Assembly: GCA_002633005.1 (NCBI GenBank) | Contig: NMRA01000245.1 | Location: 186,001-250,000, forward strand | Source: Phoronis australis | Lineage: Eukaryota; Animalia; Phoronida | Length of the DNA: 64,000 nucleotides | Direction of reading: 5' to 3' | Shown here: positions 1 to 14,659 of the stretch, in pieces | How positions within the stretch are numbered: the first letter of the stretch is position 1 | How the letters are laid out: the number at the start of each line of letters is the position of its first letter | Notes under the pieces: generated by a model | Seen by the model: the letters and a program-made list of their open reading frames with translations, nothing else | Databases searched by the model: none | What the model was told of the DNA's origin: nothing | Translations under genes and position numbers: made by a program

Positions 1-3000
1 GGTGAGGACCAATTTTCCCTTCTTAGACCCGTAATTACATGCTCATCTCCTTGTGTGTTTACTAGGTCGCCAAACAAAATCTCAGATTGTATTGGCAGTC
101 TGCAGGTAGCCAAATCGAGCTCTGACAGGTGATTTTTTCAGGCAATCATAAAAGTTTCTGCATTAACTGACTACAGACGTAATTAGGTCCCCTCCCACCT
201 GTCAGACAGCTTAAGTGGTCCCTACTCCTACACTGAACCAGTCTTTGCTTGAGAGAGACAATGAGGTGAGGTTAAGCATACCTGCTTCTTTCACCAAGTA
301 CAAAATTGACCTATAAATTAATTAAATGAAGGCACTGAAAATGACAGGAACAATGAACGTACTGAAACAGAGGTTCAGAATACCATCAGAGATTTACTGG
401 GTTATCAAGTAAAATCTTGCATTTTTCAAGATATCTGATGAACTTTACCCTGTACCCTTGCCCATGAACCACAACACCACAACACACAAAATCCAGTGGA
501 CTGAATTAAATCAAGTCATCTATCTCTCATCTTTATAAATTTGTGCTCAGAGTAAACACAAAATGCAAAGAGATGTTACAATGCAACAGGTCAGCAACTC
601 ATTGTCTACAGAGTTCAACAACCTTAGACAAGAGTTGTGACAACTGAACCAGAAACTTAGGTGAATGCCATAAAGAAATCATCTTTTCCAAACTAGTGTA
701 CTTAACTGGACTAATGCCTTTGTCCGATTTAATGGCCATTCCCCAAATTTACTTCTTGAACACCCATATCTGACATAACCCCCACCCCCAATTTATATGA
801 AAAAGACCTTGAAATTGCCAGTGTCACGTAATTTTACCTTCCAAAATGTACCAAAACTAGTTTACCTGATTACATTGAGCTGAGAATTTATCTGACTAGC
901 AACTGAAGTCTGACGTAAATGTAGCTATCTGGGCGTTAAGCCGATCAACTGCTCTGGTAAGCGACCACTTCTCAAATAAGTAATTTTAGTGCCGACACTA
1001 GGCTTAACACCCACCAGATTATTGAATTTCCCAATTTCTAAGCTCAGTGGGAGATGACCAGAATGAATATGACAAGTCATCCAAAACAGGAGGTCGCGAC
1101 CTGGATACTTGGTACCCATGCATGTTTCAAGACAGTGTTATGCTGTTGGCTCTATGGCAACACTGCAGAAAACACCCTGAAGAAGAGATCCAACTCAAAT
1201 TCTTTAAGGTGCAAGAGAGGTGCATTTGAATTGGGGTTGACAACCATTAAATGAAAATGTGTCAGAAAGCGGTATGTGGCGAAATTTATGACAAATGAAG
1301 ATAATGATGGTGATGAAGATGACGAATGGTGACAAAAAAAGTTATTAGAAACACAGCCTTGTATTGTAACATTTGGCAAATATAAGTATAAAAAGGCAAT
1401 GACGATATTGATTACGATGTTAATGACGATGAAAATGTTGAATACTTCAAGAATGGTAAGTCGCAGGGAAACTGTAGCGTACTTTAAATATTACAGCACG
1501 AAGACATATATCCGCGTACCAAATTTCAGGCAGATCCTTTACGAGATAGCTTTGGTTGCAAAAAGCAAAAAGAAATAGGAAAGTAACCATCACAGTGCCA
1601 TATTGTATCCGACGTCAACAAAAAACAAGGGCCTCAAGCTATTAAAAAACACATGTTGCGCGTAAATGTCACTGCGATTGAAGAGATGCGCCCTTAGCAT
1701 GTGAACAAACAGAACAATGAATGACGACGAAGTAACAGACTTGGCAAAACAATTGTCAATGGACGTTCTCAGTTGACTAGGTTAGACAGTTGCGTGGTAT
1801 AATGGCCGTCTGACCGATGTTTAACAGGAGAAAACCTGCTAGCTGCCCACATGTGCTGAGCACACAACACATGTGTTAAGGCGATTACAAACACAACTGT
1901 TTGGATACCTGTACAAAGGCCAGTCACAGTGTTATCTGTTGCCAAGACAACACATTATGCCACTTGACCTAGTAAAAGTCCATTAAGAACTCCTTCAGTA
2001 ATGTACAATCTGGCAGGAAGGCGCCAACAAGCTTTTGAGTTGATGTTTGACCGACCATATGACTGGACTACGGTAAGACCAACAGTAAACATTAAAAGAA
2101 AAGATAAAATAGACAATCTCGGCAAAACTGAAGCCTTAATGAAGAATTTCAACGTTTACAATTCATAACTTTATTTTGTTTTATTTCAATAAATAATCAG
2201 GCATAAATAGAGACCACAGACTATTATCTATTGCCATCAATTTTTACCCAACATGCATGATAGGAATACCTCCCTGTCCTGTGATGTTCCGGTGACTTCA
2301 TGGTGAATCCTCCCATACCGCGAGTATCAATCTCGCAAATTTGGACCCCCCCACTTTTGAGTCCCTGGCTATCACTTAACAGAATTTTGAAAAATTGGGC
2401 AATTTCAAACTGGTTCTCAAAATTCAAGACCCTGAAAGTTAACTATTGCCCTTAAAGTCACTGGAAAACGGAAACCAGGTGAAACTTGAGAGACTACAGA
2501 GGAAGTGCAGGTGATTTCTCAAGTTCAATTGAATTTTTGCTCAGGACCTTCATAATTGCATTGCAAAGAGTAATTTTCAAAGCCATTTTAAGTCAACATT
2601 TCCCACAGTGTAAGACACACAAGATATTAAAAACAACTGTCAGACAAGAATGAGTTATCAATGACCTTTATGAATGAATTAACGCAATAAACACCAGCAT
2701 CAATCTGAACTGAAACTCAATCTCTCACATGACCCCTGGCAAAACACAGCTCCCGTGGTGAGCCCCAGTCAATAATGATGGCTGCCAAATAAGAATGTAG
2801 GTCAAAGTAGTTCCGGCAGCAGTGTTTGCCTGTTTCAAAGGTCAAATACAGAACTGCCCCAGAGTCGGCCAGATTTCAAAGCCCAGATACCTAATCAGAA
2901 TTGGACATTGGACATTACAAGAGAAACGCTGTGTGAACATTATTACTAACATAGATTTTACCTTCTAGTGAGGCCATATGCTGACCGGCATCCATAAAAG

Positions 3001-3542
3001 TACACGCTTAGAGGTGGTTTAACGAGTTGACACAGTCAATGAGAAAAATAACATCATTTCACAGGAACCAATTGCCCTAGCAAAACAGACCACAAACAAA
3101 AAATATTCAACCAATCAAATGCTCTGAGCCAACTGGAACATACAAACTACTGAAATACCCGGTAAATGTTGGCAGGAAAAAAAACCCTACCTCATACAAA
3201 GTGACAAGCAGGTTGTTTTATGTGTCTATGAAAATAATGAAGACAAAATAAATGTGAACAGTAATGACTGGCAAAGCCACAGAGAAATAAGGTGTTTTCA
3301 CAGTCAACAATGTCGGTTAGTCCGCATAAGCAAAGTTTATTGTAGTCAATATTAGTACCTGCAAAAACAGCAAGTCATTCAAGACTGACAAACCACATTA
3401 TTCATTGTGGCGGTGGTCTTTTGCCCAGCCAGAAGTGCATAATCCAGGTCTGCACTGGCTTGACATGGGTATCATACAGAGGTCATGGATAATGACAAAA
3501 CTTTTACATAATGCAGACAGTGGCACATGTGGTTAAAATGAC

Positions 3543-3587
3543 TGAAATGACATGATGAAATGACATGATGAAATGACATCATGAAAT
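3543..3587. repeat. Tandem 13 bp x~3
   Basis: TGAAATGACATGA repeats. Confidence 0.8.
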
Positions 3588-3898
3588 ATTAACAATTTCA
3601 GACAAAATATCATCGAAACATTTACGAAACTGTCACACATACACCCAACACACTTGAGTATTCTCCGGATTACTATGCTGACAGGAAATTACAAATTATA
3701 ACTGTGTCACTGGACCTAAAGACCAGTAAGTATGTCAAGATTCTTCAGTAACACACGAGTTTCCAATATCCACACCGCAGCATCACAAAAAGGGAAACCC
3801 AACCGTCTCAAACGTGGCTCTGATCGAATCAGCATATTTGAGTCGACATGTAAAGTGTGTGCCCAACAACCCCAACAAGTATACGGAGAAAAAAAAGT

Positions 3899-4015
3899 AT
3901 AGGGAGAATGGGTCTGTAACGTGCCCACATTTTGAAAACCAGTTTTCTCTACTGAATATTGGGCACCAAACTGGTTGTCAAAATGTGGACACGTTATATC
4001 CCACTATTGCCCTGT
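3899..4015 (-). mobile_element. ~115-bp hairpin MITE family A, copy 1
   Basis: Arms TAACGTGCCC..TTTTGAAAACCAGTTT / AAACTGGTT..CAAAA..GGACACGTTA; loop reversed relative to other copies. Confidence 0.8.
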
Positions 4016-5031
4016 GAATGGCTCTACCAGCCAGTTAAGGTCTGAGAACACTGGACATGCCCTTCACCATCAGGGGTTCAACCAAGCCATGCTTTCCCAT
4101 GAGAATTTGATCCCCATGTGACCTTTCTCTGACTCTCTACTTCAAGGTCTTCTGTGTAACTTATTTGGTATCTGTATTCCACATCTGTGGGTGATTGGTG
4201 GCTAACACATGACATTCATTCATATAAAAGACATTGGGCTTTTTAAGACAAGATTTGTAAATCAACTTAAAAAGTGCTGTAACCATTCATGTCATAGACC
4301 AATTTTGGGAACTGTGCTGTTCTTCACAGCAGATTATGATAAAGTAAAACTGGGTAGCAACATTATCATAATGGATTAATGCTGGTTAATGACAGTGTAA
4401 TACACTTCAGTGTCAGATTTAGAAGCCTGAGACACAACAACCATCAGAAACTCTCATTAAACAGCACTAGTTAAGGCTTCGATGAAGTACTTCATCTTCA
4501 CCTGGATAAGACTGTTTCAATAACGCAGACAGTCTTCCAACAGTTATTGATTTGCTTCAATAACAAAAATAACGCACACAGGCCTAATTAATAAGATTGG
4601 ATGCTTGAATTAGGTAAAGAAGGAAATGTTAATTTCGAAGCACACCATTACAATATGAAAACAGTAAATGCGGGTTGATACCAAAGTGGAACCGTGACAA
4701 TTGCTGCTGTGGCGACTACCATAGTTTAGACAGCTATACATTAATTTGAATGGGAATGTCATACCTACCGTAGAAAACCGTGCTGCGTTTTCGGTCAAGT
4801 GGTTTGCAATACAGATTGCTACTTGAGTTAATTTTGAAAGATGATTGAACGGCAAATTTTTACTGGCCAATCGCTGCGGGAAGACAAAGGCCATTGTGAT
4901 CCCTGCTAGGAGACTCTCCAGGTCAAATGTTACTGAGCAACAACAACCCAGTGACATACGTAGTGGAAATTTAGCAACCTATTTTTTCAAAATAGATGGT
5001 GTTACTGGTAAGGTTGGATAAACATCAGTGT

Positions 5032-5146
5032 GGCAATAGTCTGTCTGATATAACACGCCTGTATTCTGAGAACCAGTTTGGTCCCCGTTATTCAGTGGAG
5101 AAAACTGGTTCTCAAAATTCGGGCACATTATATCAGACCATTAGCC
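5032..5146 (+). mobile_element. Hairpin MITE family A, copy 2
   Basis: TCTGATATAA..GAGAACCAGTTT / AAACTGGTTCTC..TTATATCAGA inverted arms; homologous to 3899, 15359, 43186. Confidence 0.85.
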
Positions 5147-6629
5147 ATCAGTACTTTCAAAGATGTAAATTTCAATAATAATAACAATAATAACTTATCG
5201 CAACGGCATTACACCATCAAGCTCTCCGTTTTTTCCTGCGATTTGCCATTTTTGGTATGAACGAAAACCACTCACGAAATTGTGCAGACAACCGCACAGA
5301 AAAAGTCATCGTAATTCCCGTTTTTGGAATAAACCCGTCTTAACTTGCACCAAGTCAAACTGATAATTTCTACGAGCATCAAGAATAATGTATATAATTT
5401 TTTAACAGAACAGGGGTAGCCCCAGACGAGATGTGACAGACAGGATGTGGGATGGAGATGGGGGGGGGGTACAATGGACCATGGTCACTCCTACCCCCCA
5501 TTTAAGTTACAACACACCGATATTATCTCTCCTCAGATCGTCGACAGTTTTGCATCGAAGCAGTACCTAAATTCATTTTCCTTTCCAAGTGGACTTCATT
5601 CTAGTTCTTAATTACAAGCACTGTCTCGCTTGTGACAGTGCTTTTATTTCTGACGTGAATATCCATGAATAGCCCACACTGCTGACAAATGCTGTTGTCA
5701 ATGCCCGTAAGCTGACCAGCATAAATAAATGAGCAATCAATTCTTAATAAATATTCACTAGATACATACGGAGAGAGGTCAAACAAGTATGTGCGTTTCC
5801 TCCACAGTTAGAAAACATCTCCCAAACACTGGTGCAAATGTTTGGCAAGCAAACACTTTTTCTATACAGATTTAGGGCACGTGGGCCCCTCATAACCCTG
5901 TCTATGGTGACAACAGTTAGTCACCAGCTAGCATTTTCAAATAGACTTGCAATTCACAGATTTAGACACTCCAGCTGAAATACTAAATTTTGTCTCAGCC
6001 CCAAAGATTACTGAAAAAAATTTTGTTTAAAATTATTCGGCATCAAAAAATTACAAATTCTTGTAAATGCCACAGTGTCTTCTTCACCACAAATAGATTG
6101 CTCCATGATTGCTCCATGCATCAGCAATCATTACAGCTGAATGAGTATTGACAACAATAACAAAGTCTAAATCAATACTCAAGAATCCTAAGTACCTTGC
6201 ACTAGATTATTGGCCAACAATATCCAAAGCAAAGCCTGGTCAACATGAGATATGAGAGAAAAACTATGATGCCAAGGCACTAGTGGGCGAGAAAAGTAAC
6301 AGTTATCAATCAACCCGTCAGTCACAACCATAAGTCAGCCTACTGTACCTAAACACATGCTATGAAGAACAGGGACACAAAAACTTCAAAGTAACACAAA
6401 ACCCCTAGCTGTTGAACAATGTCAGGGTCCACCTACTAGTAATGTTGAGCCACTGAATGAACATCCCTGATCATATACATCCCCTGTATTGGGTTATGGC
6501 TGGATAACCACCAGCTTATTACAAGCCTTGCAGCCACTGTTACTTCCTGGTTTCAGTTTCTATAGGCACCCACTCCCTCCCCTTCTGTAAGCCATGAGTG
6601 AAGTCCAAGGACACATTCTGGAGACTCGA

Positions 6630-6830
6630 ATTTCTTCCGAGAAATAGAGAGATCTACCAAGACGACGAGAATGAAAAGCGAGTGAGTTGGGACTCGGGAG
6701 TATGCTTGGTAGCTTCTGGCCCATCTGAGCAAAATGGCGACCACTTAAGTGATTGGTCGGCGAGATTGGAATGTTGAATTGTGGGATTCAAGTGATGACT
6801 GATGGAATAGAACTCACTATTTTTGTTCCA
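6630..6830 (+). repeat. Dispersed repeat family F, homologous to 28457-28640
   Basis: Shared blocks ACTCGGGAG, AGCAAAATGGC..CCA, GTGATT.GTCGG.GAG, GTTGAATT.TGGGATT, GAACTCA.TATT. Confidence 0.65.
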
Positions 6831-9133
6831 TTTGGTGACCTGGGAATTTATGCCAGTCACATTTGGCGAGATGATGTCATGCTAAGTGTGAAGCCCTGTT
6901 ACTACTTTTGTTAAGATCCAGTTAAAACATCTGGAATATTCAGGAAAACTGACAGTTTACGACCATATAACGGAACTGGCGACAGTTATTCCATCGGAAC
7001 TTTGAAACTGACAGGCTGGAACATTGTTATTTTCCTATTCCGTAGAACTCGCGTTTGAGGTGGAGGAATTTCAAGCCCTAAATTTGACCTAAATTTTCGA
7101 CCCAACAGTCATAATATCAAGTCTCTGTTCCGATACCCTATTATAACAACACATACATAATTCAAATTAAAATTAAATATCAAGGTAAAGATAATAACAC
7201 CTTTTTAACAAATAACACTGCTAATGCTTTTTGCAAATGAGCCTGTAATAGGCCAGCAAAATGTCAAACTTCATCAGCCTGCATGCCCCCGCCAGGAGCC
7301 TCAACTAATACCAAAGCATACACAATAGCCATTTCCATGCTAATGGGGGCCACATGAAAGGCATTTGCCAGCAGAGAATGTCTTCATTGTACCTGGCTTG
7401 TGTTAAGTCAATAGATATTGAGCACCCAGTTATTCAGAACAACTCACAGTCTGACAGGTTACAGATAAACCCACAGAAACAAAACCATCAACCCTGGCAA
7501 TGACATGTTACCAGTCTGCCATGTTTACAAGCCAGCAATCTTTATAACATATGGGATACAGTATTCAGTGCCTGAAGGTGTTTGAACTTTGCTGCTCTGA
7601 CGTCTCAATAGCTGAACACTCCAGTCAGCAAAACCAAAGCTTAGGCATTTCAAACCACAGCAGAAAACGGAAATTTTGATAACTACAAAAGCAACACAGA
7701 AATTTCAGACACTGCTCACACCAACATTCCTGACCTTGAAACGTAAAATGTTGGCTTATATTGTGCAGAGCATGTTTCTTGAAAGAAACACAGGACCATG
7801 CAAAATCATGTCCCTGTCAAATGGAACTACTTCATAAGTAAAACCAATCTTACTCGTGTATAATGGTAAAAATGGCCACCACTTAAATGGTGAGGGAGTT
7901 GTGAGTTAGTCGTTACGCAAAGATCACGTTCCCGCCTCGCCAGTCCCTAGCGGTCACAGAACAGGACCCTGATTTTTCCACAAAACAACATGTAATAGCA
8001 TAATGTAAAGAACTAGTATGGAGACGGACATAAACAGGCACACTGCCCCAAACCAGGGCAGTTAACAGTCTGGTAAAATGTGGAGGTAGAGAGAAAATGT
8101 GGTGAGACTGATGCAATAGTCTAACCTCTCTCTGAAGGACACAGACATGGAAATATGCCGCCAGACAACTGCACCAGCCAATCACAAATGCCTCTAACTG
8201 TAAACCTTTGATAATTTTCCCATTCACGAGGTGGCTTTGTACAGAGGAAGCCTTGCAAGTCAACAGTATTTAAGTGGTCACGGTATGAGCATACTCTACG
8301 ATTAAACTTAAAATTAAAATTGTACGACTGATTGCGAATGCAGGTCAAAACCAGGAGAAAATCACTTCGAAGACAGATCAGTAGAAATATTCTCCGGTAT
8401 TAATCCTGTGAGGGATGAAACTGTTCCTGTTTCGAGTGAGGAAATGTATTGCAGAAACAAGTCAGGGGTGTGAATAAGAGTGAAACTTAACTTAGGAAAG
8501 CACCCAAACATGCATTCACAAACAAATGGGTACCTTCAAGGAAGATCTATCGAGAGGGGATGGGCTATACGCTGAGCGTGGGCGATTACAAGTAAAATTT
8601 GCAAACCTCATAGGTGGGCTTTGAGTCGAACATGGGCATTCACCCCAATGAATACAATAGAGGTTTCTAGGGTAGGTGCAAATAAAATCAAGCACACAGT
8701 GCATTTGACTACTGTATCTAGACACCCACGTAATACTGGGAGACAAATGAGATGTGAAAACAGACATCAACATGTCACTTCAATGTAAATGTGACCATTA
8801 ACTTGCCACCAAACAGTGCATGTTTATGGAGCTAGACAAACAACCACTTGACATCTGATGCCTTGTTCAGACAGACTGAAGGAGTATGAAGGTGAGAGGA
8901 CAGAATGGTGTACTTTGAACAGGTCCTGATAACACAGCATTAACCATTAAACAACTGTCAATCACACGGGCATGGGTCAATAAAGGTAGGAGAGGTGAGT
9001 GTGCGCATTCAAGTAGACAGACACTATCAACCATGCACACAACACACACACAAGCATATGACAACTACAATGATGGCGGCCCTCAACAATAGTCTCATTG
9101 TCAAGCACATGGATTATATAAACAGTCTAGCAA

Positions 9134-9416
9134 AGTTCAGTGATGCTTGGACTTCGCTAAAAAGCAAAACTTCATGAAATTACGCGAGACATTACCGTGT
9201 ATTTTAAATGAGAACACATGATTTTGGCTAGATTTTAGCGACGTCCTAGCATTACTGAACTCTATTCAGGACAGATGGCCAGGGTAGTGTTCAATAACGC
9301 TAGGACCTCACAAAAAAGCAAGCCTTCACAAGATTACGCGAGAAATTGCCGTGTATTTTAAATGAGAACGTGTGATTTTGACTAGATTGCTCCCACCGCA
9401 AAACAGCTACTGAACT
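9134..9416 (+). mobile_element. Two tandem copies of ~128-bp MITE family B (9134-9261, 9288-9416)
   Basis: TIR consensus GTTCAGTAACGCTAGGAC.TCGCTAAAA; shared core ATTACGCGAGA.ATTGCCGTGTATTTTAAATGAGAA. Confidence 0.85.
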
Positions 9417-11200
9417 CTGCCCACTACAGAGGGTTGAACACTAGGTGAGAGAAGTGAACCCCAACAGCTGCAGAATCAGCTGATCAGTCTAAGAGGTGGG
9501 TGGACATGAATACAACAACACCAATTAGGGTGTATTAGACCAGAAAATGAGCTGAATTAATCCACCACTCCAACCAAGTTTGTAGGTTCAGGGCATACAT
9601 CATGAATGAATGAATGCCCCCATTAAAGAGAGAGAAGCATCAGCTCCCAAAGGCTGGAGTGTCAACCAAAATGAGTGCATTGTTAGAACAATGGTTTACA
9701 AAGTTATGCCCCACTCCTAAGTACTGGGTGCAGCAGCAGCGCAAGGTCCCTTAGGGTACTACCGCTATCGTAATCGTTCGGTTTCAAACAAAATAATTGT
9801 GCCACTTTATTCAGAGACTCTCCGCAGCCCTGTAGAAGCTCCATACCTCCACACCAGGCGTGACCCCAGCTGCACAATGATGGGGCAATTCCACAAATGT
9901 TATAAAGACTTCCCTTTTGGTGAGTTGCAGTCAATGTGAAACCTCAGTTGAGCAACAACAAACGAGACCACAACTCTTCTCAAAATAGAAGGATTCAAAA
10001 GCAGTCTGCATCTAGTACGCCCTTGGACAAATTGGATAGCCCATTTAGGACACCCTTTTTGAATCCTGGATAAACCCCTAGGCGGCTACTAAAAGAAAAG
10101 GGCAACACAAAATAAGGTTAGGAGGGGGGGGGAATTGGTGAAAAAATGGCCATTACCCTCTATCGTGGCAAATCTAGCTACGCCACTGCTTATGCACGTT
10201 AGACCAAAGAGTGCATAGTATCCAGAACAGTGACATGGTCTTGATGAATCACTGCACAGTCAATGTAACAGAAGCCCCCCTACATAGTACTGCAGAGCTA
10301 CACAACCTCAATACAGGAAAACTACAGCTGCGGAATAACTGACAAAGGTGAAACTGAACACTCTATTCAATTAAGAACAGGAAACCTACTGGACTAAGTA
10401 TCAAGACCAATCAGTTCTATCTAACTGGCCCATAACATGTACCCAATCAACTTTGGGTGACCTCCTCTTTACCAGCATCTTCATATTTTTTGTACGATTT
10501 GTTGACATTTGTGATAAGAATAAAGTTAACTTCGGAAACATCAAGAGCAGATTAAACACTCGATTGCATTCTTAAAACAAGATAATCACGTGAAAAATCA
10601 TGTGATCACGTAATACACTCGCACTGCATAGCGATATCTTCAATGACTTGCAATATCTTGTATTTTTGCTAGGTATTTGTGTGTTATGAATGCACGTCAG
10701 ATTTCAAAATCACATCACATCATAGAAAGATTTGCTTAATTTATCTCATTTGTTCAGATGTTTGAATGAAACGTGTGGACTTTTTCAAAAACAAAAAGAA
10801 AAAGTTTTCATTCACTTGAAACTTAGCATAAAGTCAACTCGCTAAAGGCGACCTAGCAAAATTCCCAGGTTGTCGAATGGGAAATGAGCTCACAAAAACT
10901 AGGAAACCTCCGCATGCTGAGACTGATCGTCTTGGCTAATACAAAGGATGCTTGGTTAGCGACAGTCAAAAATGAAGAAATGAAAAAAACGGGTCACCTG
11001 AATTGAAAAACCGGGGCAACACAACAAGTGTCCGTGGGAATACCCAGACACAGTAATTTTAAGTCAAACATAAAATTGTGAACATAATGAATGCCCAGAG
11101 ATGACCCATTTTGTCAGCGGGCCCAGGAGAGGGACAGACAATTAAGACATAGTGTCTATACAAGAGTCATGAGTGCGGAGACCTCCGTTTGTTGCCATAC

Positions 11201-11367
11201 AATTGACCTATCGCAAGCTCTACCCCCTTGAGAAAAGTCGACAAGTAATAAGTTTTACCTGACAATGTGTTGTTTGTTGGGTACAATGGTAGCTTGGAAA
11301 CGAAGGTGTGTTAAGAATGCTGTGTTCTCATTTGTCAGTCACTCAAAATCCTGGGAATAGGTCAATT
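11201..11367 (+). mobile_element. ~170-bp MITE family C (TIR AATTGACCTATCGCA)
   Basis: Terminal inverted repeats; homologous to 23513-23690 and 61857-62032. Confidence 0.85.
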
Positions 11368-12891
11368 CTGACTTCTGTCTGTTTACTATCTGTAGTATTC
11401 CGAGCGCGTAGTGCATTCGTCAGAGGTCTGCTACTTGTATGCAATCTGTGAGGCCGGTCAACGACTGGTCGACGAATTTGTTCCTATCTAGTTGGTGCTC
11501 ATAAGATGAACCTATATTTATCCTATCGAAGTGGTATAAATATCCCCCTATGTCCGCCTTGCCTGAGTGGCTCTAGTACATATACTCAAGCACCTGCTTA
11601 CATACATTCACTGAGTCAATACATAACATCTCCCTCAAGTCGCCATCATGAGCTGACAGCCAGCCAAGCCAACAGGGGCACAACTACATCTGGACAGTAG
11701 GAGCAGAATAACAGGGTACCATAGCAATACAGGGACATTACCTACAGTACCACCTCTAGATCTGCATAAGTAGCAAAGCATAGACGGAATACCAGTAGAC
11801 CTCTGAGACCAGGCCCATTGATTTTGGGGCTGAATAAGTCCCCTCCCAACTTCCTCTCACCCCTGTAATTCTCCTATCAGAAGGCACAGGCAACTTTTCC
11901 CTAGGGACCAACCAACCACACTTGCAAGAGCTATGGACCTACGGTATGTTACACAAAAAACGGCACATTTAGCACTGGTAACAAGAAGCAATGTTAGAAA
12001 TGACGACATTTCAGGAACACTGTGTTTCAGAAGGTTAGCATTCTATTACCTACTGCTTTCCGTTCAGAATAAAGTCGAAGAACAGTGGAACCATTTTTAA
12101 AGGCGCCTACAAACACAGAGGATGGGGAGGGACTGAACATCCCGTCCTATGAATGTTTTTGTGCGATTTGAGGACGAACAGGAGAAAACGGGACAAGATA
12201 CAGTCCTCTCTGAATCCACAAATACGGTATTAAAACACTTCGATATTTCAGGACTGATAGTAAAAGATTAGGAACCGGCCTAAAAATCGCGTACGTTTGC
12301 TGGCAGTTGGGACTAGACTAGGACAGTCCGTAGTTGATCCTGAGGCACAAAGCGAATCAGAGCAGCTCACTAAGTCACGCGATACTGAACCTGTTGTAGA
12401 CTACTTCTCCTTGTCACAGTTTCAGTGCCTTAATTGCACACATGTATTTACCTTACAAATTCAAGTCTTTTGATTTACAAGAAATACGTGCACTTTTGGC
12501 ATTTCACATGCGCTGCTTGAATTTTTTAAGAGGAATTACACCTCACTGACCACTGGCTCTTTTTGGCTACATCAAACTTGGAAAAATAAAATTTCACTCT
12601 CTCACCATATTGTGTCCTGAAGGTAAGATTCTGCAGTACACTTGACACTTATGACTGGGCAGGCACAGGCATACATTGTAGCAGCTGCTATTGGGGTCAA
12701 CAAGTACTATTAGTTTCAGGCTGTGGATTACAAGTCAGGCTCAAGTGGATTTAGCGATGCCATGGAGAGTGAGACTAGTTGCCCGCTATCCTGCTTCTGG
12801 TGGGACCGTCGTGTTCTTTGAAGCTTTGTTCCGCATCACACCACAAGTTGAAATATCTCACTATTTGACGTTCGCAATACATAACAATCAT

Positions 12892-12984
12892 ACAGTGGCT
12901 GCAGATTCTCATGCTCTTCCACACAGTGGCTGCAGATTCTCATGCTCTTCCACACAGTGGCTGCAGATTCTCATGCTCTTCCAC
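12892..12984. repeat. Minisatellite 31 bp x3
   Basis: ACAGTGGCTGCAGATTCTCATGCTCTTCCAC, three perfect copies. Confidence 0.95.
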
Positions 12985-14531
12985 TTGTCCACACAACAAC
13001 ATTCATCCATGCGTCAACGAAGCGTCATTTTGCTGTCACTGGGTACGAGAGTAGCGGTGTCGGTAGTCAAGTATCAACCATGAAGTGTTCCTGCCGAATC
13101 ACCTATGCCGAGTGTTAGCCAATGGCTTTCAAGACATGCAGCCTCGATATGGTTACAAACATTTACATTCAACTGACACGCGCAATAATGTGCTAACAGC
13201 AAAAATGGAAAGATCACAATTTCATTAGAATGAACAGATGAGAAAGAAACTTGTGGTGTATTAGTTCAAGGTGAAAGAATTTAGGACATCAATGGACCTT
13301 TAATGTCTAACCACGCATGCAAGGTAAGGTGGATGATGGTTTCGCCAGGGTGAGGCATCATTTGCAAAAAAAAAACTTCCAGCGTTCATAATTTTGAATG
13401 TAGAGCTGCCTGGAGTTTCACATGACCTGTAGACAGAAACAAACATAATGTGTGTTCGCCAGACTGCTTTGCCTATTTTAAGAGTGACCTGGGTGTCAGA
13501 GCTGTGCTCTAACCACTGCCTATGGAACATATTAACACAGTTTCAAGTAAAAAGTAGTCACAATCTACAGCCGCAAGTGCCTCTTGAATAAGTTTAAAAG
13601 CTTAACTGTCTACCAAGAGTAGCTGTACTCGTATGGGTCAACGCCCTAGCTCAGCATGAACCAGCACACCCCAAACTTCAAAATTTTCATTTGAAAGCGC
13701 CCACACACCGCCTCCTGTCAAAACTCAATTAAACGAACAAGACTTCATCAAAAGTATGCGTGTTTTCAGAAGTGCCGGACTCACCAGAATTTCAACTCCT
13801 AAACCGTACGCATCTCACTTGCCTGTGAGGAACCGTCACTCAGTTCCTTGCCTTATTCAGACGGGAAAGTACATCAATGTACGTAAATCCCTGGGCCTTA
13901 AACCTTATCGACTATTCAAGTAAATGTCTACCCAAATTGTCAGAAATTTTGTTTCAAATGGCATATTCGCGTTACAGTACACCAATTACAATATTCGAGT
14001 TCCTCAATTCAAACAACCTGTCTGGTTCCTCATAGGAGTACAGTGTATGGCAATCAAGACCAAGTAATTCAAGTAATGACAATCTGTTGTGTTCCCAAAA
14101 GATTTAACTCATTCCTAAGAGCTATTTAAGGGCCACACATTTAACTGCACACCACTTAACCAATTTCACTGGTGACCCCTGTTGCTATCCTTGTGATTAC
14201 CTATCTAAGTCAACACCTGACCAAAGTGGCCCATATCTCATGGCCAGATAGCCTATCTAGTGCACCAGTGCCTGCTCTCACCACCTCCACTACACTTCAT
14301 TGCCAAAGGTATTTACACTAGTACACATCCTGCCCCAGTCTATTTCCACTCAGAAAACAAGCAACAATCACAACACCACATTCCCATGTCCACATCAAAA
14401 CTCCTAAATAATTTACTTTAGTGAAAGTGTGAGGCCCACTGGCTCAGCTGTTTGCATGATCATCACAACCTGTAGCCATAGATGCTCACGACCTAGCCAA
14501 CCCAAGTAGCCATATTGAAAGGCCAGCTCCG

Positions 14532-14659
14532 AGTTCAGCAACGCTAGGACATCGCTAAAAACCACGACTTCTCGAGATTACGTGAGATATTGCCGTGTAT
14601 TATAAATGAGAATACGTGATTTTGGCTAGATTTTACAGAGGTCCTAGCGTTACTGAACC
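14532..14659 (+). mobile_element. MITE family B copy
   Basis: GTTCAGCAACGCTAGGAC ... GTCCTAGCGTTACTGAAC, same core. Confidence 0.85.

Noticed and set aside
1176-1200. Hammerhead ribozyme core (CTGAAGA..stem..AAA)
   Set aside because: Lacks the invariant GAAA and the flanking stems.
8121-8348. Minus-strand REW-containing ORF as JMJD1C exon 2
   Set aside because: Lacks the expected VEFDD and FLVE context and suitable splice sites.
12691-13083. 130-aa ORF
   Set aside because: Non-ATG start, spans a 31-bp minisatellite that is not frame-preserving, and has no homology or splice support.
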